A stretch of 64,000 nt of DNA, taken from assembly GCA_964036045.1 (NCBI GenBank), contig OZ038378.1:41292001-41356000 (forward strand), given 5' to 3'. Of the stretch, positions 36,136-49,589 are shown piece after piece; the first letter of the stretch is position 1; the number at the start of each line of letters is the position of its first letter. Under the pieces are notes generated by a model. The model was not told where the DNA came from. It worked only from the letters and a program-made list of their open reading frames with translations, and searched no databases. Both the position numbers and the translations under genes were made by a program. This DNA comes from Eutreptiella sp. 'Long Island Sound 2002'. Lineage: Eukaryota; Protista; Euglenida.

Positions 36136-38324
36136 GTTAGAATGAGTGTTGGGGTCCAAAACGGAGAGCAATGATGTGGCAAAAGCAGCCATGAAAGAAA
36201 TTTGGGGGATCTTGTGCATCCCAATTCACATGGCTGGCATGGCCAAACCAACTGGCTGCAAAGGTTAGGGTTAGGTTTATGGTGATGGTATGGTTAGATT
36301 GAGGGCAAGGGGAGGTAAGGGGAGCCTGTGCCCCCCCCCCCCCCCTCACCACCCCAAATCGCCCCACTTGGACCCCCCCCCCCAACCGACCCTCCCACCC
36401 CCCCCCCCATCTCCCCTCCTTGAACCCCCCCCTCCAATGCCCCCCCCCCCCCCCCCCTCCCTCCCCTTGGGGCCTTCGGCCCACTTCTACGGGGTGGGGG
36501 GGGGGGAGTCGCGTATAAAAGCGAGGAGACGTCCCCCCCCGTGGTGCACACTAGTAGTCAAGTGTCAGCAACGTGTGTCTGCAAGCAATGACCCCCCTCA
36601 CAAAATTCCGTGCCTCAAGTAGAAGTGTGCACATACCACACACGTACCCCTCACACCGCCCGCTCCAAAGCGTCAGAAACCCAAGTCTCCATAGCCACAA
36701 CACACCAGTCTCATAGCACTTGATGGGCAAGGGGCCCGGGGGGCGGAGGATGCAATTAGGCATGCCCTTTTGCACCACACCATCACAGCACTTCATGAGA
36801 GCATACTCAAACGCCAGCCTACGAGCGATTTTGACTCTGTAGAAGAGGTGGAGACACGCTGCAAAGAGGTAGACCGCCATAAACACCAAATGTTGCCTCC
36901 ACCCCATCACTACACAATGGTTTCCCTTGGGAATAGTACTCATCTATGGTGGTGTTCACAGTGGCGATGGAGGCTGCAATGTAACAGCTGGTCAAGGCGA
37001 TCTAGGCGATCTAGTGATGGTGTACAAGACAGAGGGCCCCCTTTAGCCGGAGGTGGACGAGCGGCCGATGGCCCCCCTCTCGCCAAAGTGGGAGCGGCAC
37101 CTAGCAAGGGGGGGGGGTGGACTCTCTCTGGGCCCAACTTGGAGTGCAGAGGAGTCCCTCTTGGCACCGGCGTCCCTGAGTGTGCTTTGTAGCCGCGGGA
37201 CATGGAGCGGCTCCTGCCCGTGGCCCCGGTGGCACACAACGCGGCAGGGGGACCAAGGTGCTGCCGAAGGAAATAAGCCAATGCCCCCCTGCAAGTGTGC
37301 CCCACCGGACGGCCCAAGACCTTTGTGATGGCCCGGGTGCACGCGGCACAAGGGGCTATATCCTCTTTGCTACTTTAGTTGCGGCCGACCCTGCAACCCT
37401 TGCGAGGGGCAAGTAGGGGCGCTGAAGGGACGTGGGTATCTGTGAGACACTAACTGCAGAGGCTGCAGCACTTGGGGTTGTTGGAGCTAGGCGTGTTCCC
37501 GCTTGGGGTTACGGGCCCGTCCCGCTTGGGTTGACGGGCCCGTCCCGAGGACGGTAGAGTTGGATGAGTGCCTATTGTAGCTCAAGTGGCTTGCGGTGGC
37601 ACGCCTCCAACAAGAGGAGCGGGACCGGGTCGCCGCGTGGTAGGCCTGGCTACAGGAGGAGTGGGGGACACGTTCGGGGGCTGTGTGCGTGTGGCTGAAG
37701 GAGGAGGGTTTCCTGCCGCCAATGCTGTTTGTGCAGGGCCCGAACGGGTCCCCCACAACCAACGTGTGGGAAATGGACGGGCTGTTGCGGGACACGTGGG
37801 AGCGCCAGCGGATCCTACCAGCTCCGACCATGTGGGCTTATGGCCGACAACTTCATGGCCTGTAGGTGCAGCCACATATAGTCCTCAGTCAGGTGCTTGG
37901 CCAGCATGGGCACTTGGCAGCACGTGCCCATGCTTGGTGAATGCCTCTAGGGAGAGCTCGGCGGCCTCCGCATACTTGCAAATCCCAAACCAGGTCCTTT
38001 GGTGGCTCACCCAGCTTGTGACACTCGTCGAAGAGGAGGTCCAACACCCTTGACCCACAGGTACACTTCCCTCATCCCCAAGCCACAGGAGGAAGGACCT
38101 TTGCATACACGTCTGGTAAGATGTGTGTCCATGGTCTACCGACTGTGCATAGGAACCCGGGTCCAGGAGGTGCGCTATCACCCACAGCGGCCATGTACCA
38201 TTAGCTTTGGCACACATTCAGCCTCCTAGGGGCTATGGGAAGGTGGTAGCATGCCACCAACAGCATCATGTAGGTAGGCTTGTGCTTTAATATTTGAAAT
38301 GCCAATGGTGCCCCCCACACCCTA

Positions 38325-38384
38325 CACACACACACACACACACACACACACCAACGCTGTGGAGTTTGTTGAAAAGATTGGGCG

Positions 38385-38421
<37 letters not shown>
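38325..38421. repeat. Two (CA)n microsatellites
   Basis: Long ca runs at ~38325-38350 and ~38386-38421. Confidence 0.9.
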
Positions 38422-38424
<3 letters not shown>

Positions 38425-38449
38425 CACCCTCTTGGAGCTCCTCGAAAAT

Positions 38450-39850
38450 CATGACATGGCGTGACGAATTTCTTTTTCAATTTCTCAAGTGTTGTGTGCT
38501 CACTTGATCCGTTCGGGGTCAACACAAACTTCTGTGGGGTCCCAAGGGTTGTTGCTTCCTTTTCCCATTCCTCTGAGGCACCCATGGAAAATTTTTTGAC
38601 GCTTAATGTCCAATTGCTTGTGCTTGTTGATGTTGGTGCGGTGATAGCGACCATCCAATTCTTCAAGTACGAGGACCACCTCTCTGGCATGAAGAAGTTG
38701 CAATCCCACAATGTAGCGTAGAAGGCTGCAACAAGTCTCCTTGCACGCCAGCCCGAATCCCAAAGCCATGTTGTAATTGATGAAGCAACGCGGTGGGCAT
38801 ACTCTTGGGATCACATTCTTCCCTTTGTCTTGAACACACTTGTGCTGCATTGTGAACTTGTGCTGCATTTTGAAGCCCCGCTTTGCGGTGCAGCACCCCA
38901 GGAGCTTTAACCTCTTGGCAGAGGCCTATTAGCTGCCTTTTGTCAAAGGTTGCCTACAGGAGAAGGATTCTTCAGCTGCAACCCATGCAACTCCTCACCG
39001 CCCTACGACCAGTGGGTTCACCACAACCCAGCCAAGCACCGACACACCCCCTCCTATGTCAGTGGGTAGTAGCATGTCGTAGCTATATGCCACCTTGTCC
39101 CAAGATCCAGCCCCAATTTTTTATGTGCTTGCTAGTGCAATCCAAGGAACGCCATGTTGCAGGCCACCACATTCCGTTGTTGGTGGATGGAGGCTTTGAA
39201 GCTCGGGAGTGTTTTCAAACAGCACTCCACAGTTGCTGAGCAATATGAGTTCCTACGTGCCGTAAATAGCTGGGACATAAAAAGCAATGAACAATATGTA
39301 GTTGCCGTGGACAATCACGGGGATGGGTAGCGGAGCTACCTCCAAAGACACTGATTGCCCCAACGTTGGGATTGCGTGCTCGGTGTGCATTGAAGCCTTT
39401 GTAGACCATTGTTTGAACCAGTTCAACAATAAGTTGGTTTTTCCTCCGCGAACAAAGGCATTGAATATCGTTTTACACGCAACCAACACACGTTCCTTCA
39501 TGCCTTTCAATTGTTGTCATAGATGGTCACCCCTTGGGCACACGAAGTTTGTTTGGCACTTCACAACAATTGGAATTCCCCTAACAAGCCTCTGTGTGCA
39601 ACCCACAACTCACATCATACCTTTTATATCAACGAAAGTGGCTTCTGTTTTTTTACCAATCTCCTCTTCGTCAAATGTAGCATCCAGCATGACCACAACA
39701 CAACGTTGGCCACTGCCCTGAGACTCCTTGCCCGGCGGGAGCACCACATGGGAACTTGATAAGCACAAAGTAGACCAATAAACATTGAGCAGGCTACAAA
39801 AGTATACTTCTTTTTCAAATTTGCAATTCTTGAACCCTACTACATGGCCC
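38450..39850 (-). pseudogene. hAT-like transposase remnant
   Basis: Minus-strand CVVVMLDATFD (first catalytic D-like) and IATSSC/ERWSSYLKN (P.TS..ER.FS-like) across frameshifts. Confidence 0.45.
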
Positions 39851-40017
39851 TCTCCATTAAGTAGTGAGTGGGGGACATTTGGGGTTCCGTGGGGCGTGGT
39901 CCAAGTTCTTGGTGGATGGTCACAAGTGGAATGATGCATGCGAAGGTGTTGAGGCATAGTGGCATGAGGTTCAGGAGTTTGTTCTAGCACATGGTTTGCT
40001 GAAATGCATATGAAAAA

Positions 40018-40239
40018 ATGTTGTGGGATTTTAGGCGGCCCATTATTAAGGCCAGACAGAAGTTCCTTCGCTTCCACATTATTTCAAGATGTGCTTTGGC
40101 ACTCATTCCCACAAGTGCTGATTTGGAACAGCTATTCTCTTTCCTTAATTGGATCAACCGGGTAGACTGCAGGTCTGTGGAAATGGATATGCTTGAGAAG
40201 TTGTTGATTGTGGCACGTGACATCTTTAACTGTGTTTGA
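40018..40239 (+). pseudogene. hAT C-terminal dimerisation-domain fragment
   Basis: ALALIPTSADLEQLFS...R...MDMLEKLL, followed by an acidic tail in another frame. Confidence 0.55.
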
Positions 40240-40679
40240 TTTTGACCCAATGGTTGAGGTGGATTAGAGGAAGAGACGGGTCCATGTGTTGCATAGTGAG
40301 AGGGCAAACAAGGGGACGCAAAGGCGTCTTGACATTTGCCTTGCCGATGATGACGGTGATGATAATGATGATGATGTTTTTGAGGACCATTGTGCTGATG
40401 AAAGTAATGATCATTTCCCAGGCTTCGGTTTGAGCTCTAATTCACACTCTAGCTCTAGTTGTGTGTCTTCCTCCGACTCCGACTCAGATTAGTTGTGAAC
40501 ATTTGTTGACCTCAAGACTGTCCACATGGAGTATGTCACATGGATTGCATGTCATTCATCACCTGGACCTGCTTTGTCCAAGTGTCTAACCGACCAAGGG
40601 GTTGTGGGTGCGCACTGTTGCGATGTCAATGGTGACCCCCCCCCCCCCCAACCAACCAACCAACCAAACGAAAATAACC

Positions 40680-41270
40680 ATGAGAAAGCGTAAGCAAAAG
40701 CGCATAGTGGCCCTAGGGTCACTGCTGCGGTCCCTGGAGGTGGACTTCTTCGCCATCCAAGAGCCCCACTTCGTCACGGTGGAGGATCGTCAAGTGGGCA
40801 TGCAGTGCTTATCAAAGTACGGGTATGGCCTGGACGGACCACTTCATGAAGAAGGACGGGGAGGAGTGGCATTGGCGTGGAAAACATCCAAGTGGACACT
40901 ACAATCAATGAAGTTCTTGTCTCCCAGGGCGCTGAAAGCCTCACTGTCGAGTGGTCCACTGGAGATCACCATAGTTGTGGCCCACTTCCATCACAAGCAC
41001 ACGCGTCGACAGTCGCAGTGGAAAGACATCGCCAAGGAGCTACATGGACCGAACCCGATTCTGTGTGCAGATCACAATAGTTTAGTTGTAAAACACAGGG
41101 ACGCCTTTGCGCCCCCAGAGTTTGAGCATGACACGCCCTTACGTGCCAGAGAACAGGAGGTGACAACCCTGGCGAAAGCAGGTCTGCAGGACGTCTGGGT
41201 GGACATCCACTGTCCAACTCTGACGGACATCAAGGACAAGGAATCATCGTGCCCGACGGGCTTCCCTCTT
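40680..41270 (+). pseudogene. Truncated APE endonuclease of a second LINE family
   Basis: DFFAIQEPH, GRGGVALAW, ILCADHNS, GLQDVW and PTGF within ORF 40602-41489. A diverged partial copy lies at ~42075-42135. Confidence 0.8.
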
Positions 41271-41444
41271 GCGGCTGTTCCAAAGAACGCTCTTGAGGCA
41301 GGCAGACCCGGTACCCGGGGACGCTGTGCGGTTCCTCTACACGCTGCTGAGCACACCCCCATGCGAAAGAAGATACACATGACGGGTGATGACACACAAG
41401 GGGGGGTAGGAAAGAAAGATTGGAGCACGTGGTGCAGATACCCA

Positions 41445-41550
41445 ATCGTCGTGGCCCAGTGGATACACCACACCTCTTCTGTCTTGTAGAGGATGGTTCG
41501 AACCCCGGGGGGGATAGAGATACACCGAACGACCCGAACCCCCCTTTTTG
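41445..41550 (+). other. tRNA-derived, SINE-head-like sequence with a T5 run, followed by GA-rich repeats
   Basis: A box TGGCCCAGTGG (41452), B box GGTTCGAACCC, TTTTT near 41545; no canonical cloverleaf. Confidence 0.35.
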
Positions 41551-42197
41551 GGCGAGAGGGAGAGAGAGAGAGTGAGAGAGAGAGTGAGAGAGAGAGAAGG
41601 AAGAAGTGGGAAAGGAACAAAGAGGAGCAACAGAGAGGAGAGAGAGAGAGAGTGGGGCGCAGGAGAGAGAGCAGGAGAGAATGTGAGGGAGAGAGTGGGA
41701 GAGAGACCCACAGAGCAAGAGTCGGGGGCTAACCGGCGCAAAGGGAGGGTGGTGGGTTTGAGCTGACCAGGGTGTGAGGGACGCCAAGACAGCACAGAAC
41801 AGTCAAATGGTGAAATAACAGGGCGCCATTGCGCCCCTGAGCCACAGGCTCAACACGTCGTTACGTGTTGAAAGGTCGATGCATGACTGGGGCTGCGAAA
41901 GTGTGGCCCATGTGAGGAAGACGGAAGCAAGTAGGCATGAATATGTGGGCAGCATGCGCATGCATGGTGTGGAGCTGAAATGGTATGCGCCACACACAGT
42001 ACAGCAACGATCTGTTGAGTTGCCTGATAGCCGGAGCACTTGCTGAAATGTTGAGACGCCTTTGCGCCACCAAAGGCGCCTTTGCGCCCCCGAGGCTCGA
42101 GTACGACACGTCCTCACGTGCCAAGGAGCACGTGCACGACAGGAGCACGACCTGCAGGGCAAGGGTTAGAGACTAACCGGCACTATGGGTGGGTGGT

Positions 42198-42378
42198 GGG
42201 TGCGAGCTGACCTCAGTGTCCAGAGGGCCAGAGCCAATGCACAGTCAGCAACCACCTGGTGTGGTACAGAACTTGTCTACGCTGCAGTGCAGCAAGTAAA
42301 ACATTGAACAATGTGGTGATGACCATGCGCCTGTGACACGGGGGCGTATGCGAGCCCAGTATCCGTTGCCTCATGGCC
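42198..42378 (+). repeat. ~180-bp dispersed repeat, copy 1 (copy 2 at 58178-58358)
   Basis: Near-identical gggtgcgagctgacctcagtgtccagagggccagagcc...atccgttgc(c/g)tcatggcc. Confidence 0.92.
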
Positions 42379-45300
42379 AACCAACCAAATCCCCCCCGCC
42401 CCAACACCGGCAGAAGGAACTGATCCAAGCTGAGACTATGAGCTTGAGTCCGAGCGAGCCTGAAATGCAAAATGAGCCCCGCGTCTTGACTGCGGTATCT
42501 CTGCTAAAGTTCTTTACTGCACATGCTTGAACGCTCAAACCCCGCGTCTTGTCGCGGAGGAAACTGTTGACGTGAGCCCCGCGTTCTGTCGCGGAACACG
42601 GCAGTAACTCATTTCAGCAGCAGCTTGTGTGCAATTTCAAACTCCGCGTCTTGTCGCGGAGGAACTCGCTGGCGTGATGCCGTCACAAAGGCCATGGGGA
42701 GAGGTGGTGGAAGCCGCAGTATCGACATTCAGTGCTTGTACTTTGAAACGTTGTCGTGCTTGCTGTGGAAGATGGAGATTAACAGGATGTAGCAGCACGT
42801 GGCCGTGACCACAGCTGCAATACCACCGCTATACGAGAGGCTGGCAGCAGCACCAGGAGGGCGGGGCAGGGAGGACGTGTGCCCGATTGGCTACACGGAT
42901 GACACCCAAGCCATCACTTTGGAGCCAAAGGGGGGGCTGCCCGTGATTGTCTAATGCCCAGGCGGTCGTGGATTGCACGGACGTTTGGCCAGCGGACACC
43001 GGACAGGGCACCAACACCGGGAAGTCCAATTCGTGGCGCATGGGCAGTCGGCCGGCGCCGCCGGTGACCCTGCAGGGGGCACCCATCCCGCCGGCGCGGG
43101 AATTCAAGTAGTTGGGTGTGGGTATCCGTCTCGACGCCGAGCATGGCACTGGTTTGCAGCTCTAGGTGCGCTTAGAGCAGGGTCCAGCACTCTTGCACCG
43201 ACTGGGATGTGTGCCCACCTTCCGCATGGCGCAAGTGGCCATATGGACGCTGGCCCTGGCCAAGGCCATGTACGGCGTGGAGAGAGAAGGACCTAGCGCG
43301 CCTCGAGCATACAACCATGCGGGCCTTGTAGGTCCCCACATGTGTCTCCCAGGCAAGGGAGGTGCTCTAGGCTGTGCTGGTGCCGGGGCACCGAACCTTG
43401 CCGCTTTGGCGCCTGCCGTATGCATAGGCGATGTGGTTGGCACGTCACACGCGCAAGCTAGGCGCTGTGCAGGTGCTGGTACAAGCGGTGCTAGAGGAAA
43501 AGGCCTGGCCGCCCACGACCGGGCCTATGGGGCGCTCCATGCAGGCGGTCCGGTAGTTGAGGAAGGAGCCTCGGCAAGGTTGGTGGCTTTGGCGGGTGCC
43601 AGAGCAAACGGAGGAGCCGCACCTTGTGCTGGAGGGCCGAACCCGCTTTTGCCAACGCTTGCGGGAGTCGCGGTGGTATACAGCATTGGAGGCGCTGGAA
43701 GTGCAACGCCCAGCCATGTAGGGAGACCTGTGGGTGGTGGTGTGCATGCAAGCATGCACCTATCTATGGACCTCCACAAAAATGGAGTTGTCTCCGCTCC
43801 GGGTGCTCATGGCATGCGTCACCTCCACAGCCGAACACGGGCGCATGCACACCATCCCGTCGTAGGGAACCTGCCCATAGTGTGCAGGCTGCCCGGAGAC
43901 CAAGGCACACGCCTGGTCTCAGCTTACCAGCATGTGGTGCAGGCCTTTGTGGACGAGGACCCTAACACATGACGCCACACCCTTCTTACAGTACAGAATG
44001 CACTCGGCCCACACGTTACAGTTGTTCTTACTTTTCTTCTGTATGTACCCCCCTGCTGAATCTGTATGTTACTCCCTGCACTTCTTGAAACTAAACAGCA
44101 ACTGACCGGGAAAGGCCGAGTGAGTGCCATGCTTTGCAGCCCAGTCAGTTCGCACGTAAACTGTGAATGCAGTCCACACCTTAAGGACGACTGCTATTTA
44201 TTGATCCTGGTTGTTCACTAGAGTCGGCAGAAAGGACAGGCACACAAGTGACCCACAGAGCTAACCGCAAGAAACGCCTCACTGTACCTTACATAGTGGA
44301 GCACCCCAACCAAGAAGGGGACACGTGCATTGATTGAGCTACGCAGTACTGCTGGACTAATGGCTGGAATTGTCTATGGCGGGGACATTCAGTCTATCGG
44401 AACCGACCATTGATCCCCCAAGGCACACTCACTCTGGGATTGTCGGCGTTGGTTGTTACTTGCAGAGGCGGCCCCAGGGCCCACGCTAGTGCTACTGTCT
44501 GCATGGTCCGCGTGCCTCCAGGCCATGGGGCTTCTGTTGGCGGCCCTAGTCAACCCGCCGGAGTTGGACTAGGCTTGCCGCCCGACGTCGAGAGGCGGGC
44601 ACGGGCGTTGGTGGTAGCACGCAAGCGTCCGCCGGATGCACCGGGACTATCCATGGAGACGCCTCGGCGATAGACCGCTGCCCCGGGCGAAGTTGGCGCC
44701 GCCACTTGTTCCCCGGGTTGGGACGTTGCCTTCATGGAGGCCATCCTACGCCAGGCAGAAAGCCTCAGTGGTTCCCAGGCTAGGGGCACATCACGTATGT
44801 GGAGCTGGCCATGGAGTTCGAGCCCCATGTGGGCAGGGCGCTTCCGGCGCCGGGGGACCACCGGCTACAGGGGTCACGTTGCCCCTGCACACCAAGGGAC
44901 AGGTGCTGAAGCAGGCATTGAATCGGCTGCAGCACCTACAAGCGCTTGCCACGCAAGCAAGTGGCAAGGGATTGCAAAGGAGGGGGATGCACGGCCCGCC
45001 GGCGCGGGCACCAGGGAACAGCCTGGCGCGGCGCTTCGCATCCGCCTCCGGTGCCGAGCGCCACCATGCCTGGCCTGCAGGCAGCGGGGCACACAACATT
45101 GTTGCTAGCGGGCCCACGGGGGGCATAGCATGGACGCGGCGCAGGCGGGTGCGTCGGCATGTGCCCTTCGGACATGGCTGCAACCGGCCCTGCCAAGAGC
45201 AAACGTCTGATTGCTGGAAGCCTTGGCGAGTCTATCACCGGACCGGGCGGAGGCTGGTCTCTTGCCCTTGCCGCAGCAACTACGGCGGTAGCCGCCCGCA

Positions 45301-46999
45301 TAGGCGGGATCGCCAAACAGCAGTGGAACAATAGACGAGCTGCAGAGAGTGCGGCCTTGTCACTGACGGCTAGCGCTTCTGGGCAAGCGAGTGCTAGCGA
45401 TCACCAATGCCGGAGCGCGCGGTACGCGGGCGCTAGCGTTGCGCGAGTACGCGTGTCCTTCATGCGCGCCACGGGCCGCGCCCCCCCCCCCCCCGTCTCC
45501 GGGGAGAGGGCACACAGCTTGAGCGGCTCTGGGATGTTGGGGAGGGCTGGGCAATTACTGGATGCCACTCCTCCCCCCCTTCCCCGCGGGGAATTGCCAC
45601 GGCTGGGACGGGGAGCAGGGGGCCCACAGGATGCCTTGGGGGGGGGTCTGCCACCCCCTCCCACCACCCCCCCTCCACACTGGCGGCCGTCTTCGGCGGA
45701 TCTCACTGGACTTTACTTGACGCGCCGGGGGGGGCCTTCCATGCCCCCCCCCCCCAACCTGTTCTGCTGCTGCACTGCAGCACTTCCAAACCAATGACCG
45801 TTTGACTGTGTCGCGGGGGCGCTCGGTAGCCAAGTATCCGTCGCTTCATGCCCCCCCCCCCCCCCACCACCCCAAAGGCCCCAGGCAGTGCGGTGCATCA
45901 AAAGGACTAGGCCCTGCTTGCTAAATCTGCTTGTATCAGGGAGAGCAGCTGCCTTTCAAGGCTCAGAAAGTCTCCAGAAACATCAAAAAAGTGCTGTACC
46001 GTGAGCGAGCAGCGGGAGCGAACATGCAGCACCGCGCAACGACATCCCCTTTGTTCCTGTTATGCCCCTTAACAGTGTGTTGTTGCAAGAGTGATGGTGA
46101 GAACCTGCTCCAGACCCCATGCATAGACACCCCCCCTCCCTGAATAATTCCCTGGCCCACAATAATTCCCCCAGCCTCTTGGAACCCGCCCACTGCACCG
46201 GAGGAGGCAGGGGTGGGGGGGGGAGTCACTGCTGGTAGCTGCCTGCAGCTCGCCGTCAGTCTGTCCCGGCACGTTTGTGACGGACATGGCCTCCCTCACC
46301 CTTGCCTCTGGGAGTCAGTGCCCCCGCCGCCCCCGGGAGGGCTTCTCAAGAGGCCCCCCCCCCCCCAATGTCCAGCCCCCCCCCCAACCATCACCCCATT
46401 GCTACCCCAAGGGGTGGGTACTTACTGGGGATAGGTGTCATTTTTGAATGTAGGCACCCCCAGAAGGGTTACAAATGCATGTGGTTGAGGCATTGCGGGG
46501 GGCAGGGATACCCCCCGCAAATGTTGCCCCTGGGGACTGACTACCAGATTGAGGTTGATGGGCTGGTCAAATGTAGGAATTTTTTTGGGGGGGGGGTTCC
46601 TCTTTTTATGAGCACCTGTGCTTGTGGTCTCCGGATGACCAATGAATATTGGCTACCGGTGTGTTGCACCATTCTGATGAGGATCCTGGTTGTGTGTCCT
46701 CTTCTGAGGACAGATTCTCGTGACAATTTGTCAGAGCATGACAAAGCTGACCTTGGAAAAGAGTACAGATGACCATTCTGATGGCCATGTGAATGAACAC
46801 AGTGCTGATGAACAGCCAGATGACAGAAAGTCCTTTCAGTGTCCGGTCACAAGTGCAGCCACAGGGGAGCGTGGTCCTATGGCAAATGGGGGGATTTGTG
46901 TTGCGGAGGCCGCTGCTGCCCCAATGCCGCCCCATGCTGGCGTAGTTGTGAGGGTTGACCCCTGGTCTGCCCCAATCATCCCCTCCCCCCCCCCCCCCC

Positions 47000-47700
47000 C
47001 CTGCCACTGATGGGAAACGGTCATGGAGTTCAAGCTTGTGGCGCGGCGATGTGACACCATCAGACTTGGGTTGCGCTCCTCCCTGAACGAAGCATGCGCC
47101 AGATGGTTCAGATTGCGCTCACAAGTTCGTGGCGTGCCTGTGATCAGATCCCTTTTGAGGGTGGCGTATGCACCGTATGTTGTTTACATGGGCACTGCCT
47201 TTTGTCCCATCTGGGGTAAAGAGGTAAGGTGACAGAATGCAACAAAAAATCCTGGGTGAAACTGCCCAATTCCACCTCTGCGGCACGCATAAGCTCCCCA
47301 ACTCCACCATGCAGAGGCCTGGGTAAACTCATGATGTGGCAGTTATGAGGAGGACTCTTTACCATCCAAAATAAAACACATCAGTGTCATACTGCACAGG
47401 ACCACAACTGTGAGGTGTCGTGGTCAGAGCTCGTGTGCACCTCCTTTGTTCTGACCCATTGCACTCCTCAGACCTCTGAAAATGTTCCCTCAGGGCACTG
47501 TTGTGCAAGTCCCTTCTCCCCATGGTGAACAGCAGAGAGGCATCATGTAGAAATGTGGCGCCACTGAAGTTGTGCATGACCGCGGGGTCAGCCCACACTA
47601 TTGGGGACAAGTTGTGTTTAACCCAGCACGTCCCGGAGAAAAAGTGGATCCCCAAAAAGCTGGTGGCACCAACAGTTCCCAAACCTGCACCCCAACCTGC
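47000..47700 (-). pseudogene. Possible PIF/Harbinger/ISL2EU-type (DDE_Tnp_4-like) transposase remnant
   Basis: FFSGTCWVKHNLSPIVWADPAVMHNFSGATFLHDASLL resembles YSGK...H..K.....D......SG......HD; heavily decayed. Confidence 0.3.
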
Positions 47701-49589
47701 ACCTAACCGTTGAAAGTGGCCTGCAGCGAGGTCAATTGCAGCCAGCTCGTGCATCCCTTACGCCGATGGGCAGCAGTTCAAGACTATGTGGGATCATGAG
47801 AGGAAGTGTTGGGGGGAGTTGCAGGCACGGTGCACTCTGCGCGCACTGTGCGTACACTGGGGTTGTACCAAGAGCCCGCACACCCAGTTCGGAGGGTACT
47901 GCTTGTGCGTGAGCGGTCACATGGGTGCAAGATAAGTCTCGTAATGTGTAGCCACTGTTTGCTGTTGTGCCCATCTTCCTGCCCTATTTTTAGTTGTTGA
48001 TATTTGCGGTGATGCACATGCAGCGCAATGGAGGCCATTTTGGGGGAATGCTGCCCGTGCAGGCCTCTTTATTTAAATGTGGTCTTGCTTTTTTGTACAC
48101 ACAGTTGTCAGGCGAAATTCTGCCGGCCACAGTTGTGGGTATCTCAGAGCTGGGGCTAGATTTCATCAAGCCGCACAAGGGTGAGGTGTCCTGAAAGTTC
48201 CCAAGAATGTTGAACAGTCATCTGACAGCCAACAACAAGTTCCCCCCCCCTCCCTCTTGCGCAAGCACCGCCTTGTCTAAGCACCAGGACCCGGTCTGAC
48301 CGTCACTTTTACCGAATTTTCTGACCATGGCTTTTACGGTCTGAAAGTAGGCAAAGTGTGATTGTGTGCCGATTGTAGAGGGAAAGAGGGGCTGTTTCAT
48401 GCTTGTGATGAGTCCTCACGCTCATAACAACATTCTGCTTGGGTCTCAGGCATGTGACAAGCATGAGGTGAGCAAAAAAATGAATATTGAGATGGAGGAA
48501 CTCTTTGCTGCAGGGGTGATTGAAAAGACCAAACACCTGAAGGACACCGAGCAAATTCTTCACCCTTCACATGCACAATTCCCAAGCTCCTGATGCCCCT
48601 GATGGGCAGTGAGGACCTCCAGAACTTGCTGAAATTTGCCTGCACATTGTGTTCTAGGGCCCTGTTGCGACTATTGTGCTCAGGGTGAGGTATTGGCAGG
48701 TTTTGGGACATGCTTTCTTTCTGTACCGCGCGTCGTGCGGTTGCACCGCCTTGTCTAAGCACCAGGACCCGGTCTGACTGTCACTTTCCTGACCTCGCTG
48801 GTGCTTGCGCGGGGGGAGGGGGGGTACAAAAGTTGAAGCCCCAACCAAGGAACCAAATACAACAATTCGGGGTCCCTTAGGGCACTTCAAAATCACCCGG
48901 GTAAAGTATGCTATATTTTGAAAACCTCACAGGTACACCATTTTGAGGGCTTCTGATTGGGGACCATTTGTGGTAGTTTTACCCCAGTGCAAGGCACGAT
49001 GCGCGCGGTGCCGGCACACTGTGCGCACGGTGCACGTGCGATGCGCGGCCACCCCCTTGCACTGTCCCTGATCAGCGCATTGTGAATGTTGCTTATTTGC
49101 ATCATGAGCATGATACCATCAGCATCTATGCATGTCAGCGTGTATCTCAGAGCCTTGGGCAGCCCACAGCAAACAATTGACTGGCCATGAATTCTACATA
49201 GTATCCACCCATAAGTGTTTGGTCTGCAGCAGTGTCCATCATTTCGTGACCGTCACTTGGCGACAATCCCACCCTGGGGTTTCATCGCTCTTTGCCTTCC
49301 ATTTGCATGCATGTCACACCACATCACAAGATGCACTTTGGACAACTTTTTAAGAGGTTTAAGGCAAGAACTGACCATCAAGAGTTTACAGAGACACGAG
49401 AACGACATCTGTAAGGACATTTGCTCTCCGCCCGAAGCAAAGCGTCAATGTGCCACTAGGAAAACAACGGGACGCGTCAGAACATCGCCGGACACACCAG
49501 TGAATGTGCCTCTAGCTACAAGGACGTGCCAAAGGTGAGATGATGGGGCCTGAATGTAGGCGTGGTGATCAGAAGTTGCACTGCGGGTA

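Noticed and set aside
36600-36900. Possible CRE/SLACS-type RT fragment (LIALDGQGA...DAIR)
   Set aside because: A single weak motif without neighbouring RT motifs.
42800-45800. Possible decayed YR-retrotransposon (LHGW.., ALDN, ELAMEF-like fragments) and ORF 43166-43972
   Set aside because: The motifs are too short and are inconsistent in strand and order, so I cannot support a call.
46670-46710. Hammerhead ribozyme core CTGATGA (also at ~15855, ~40395, ~46805)
   Set aside because: No GAAA follows stem II and no closing stems were found.
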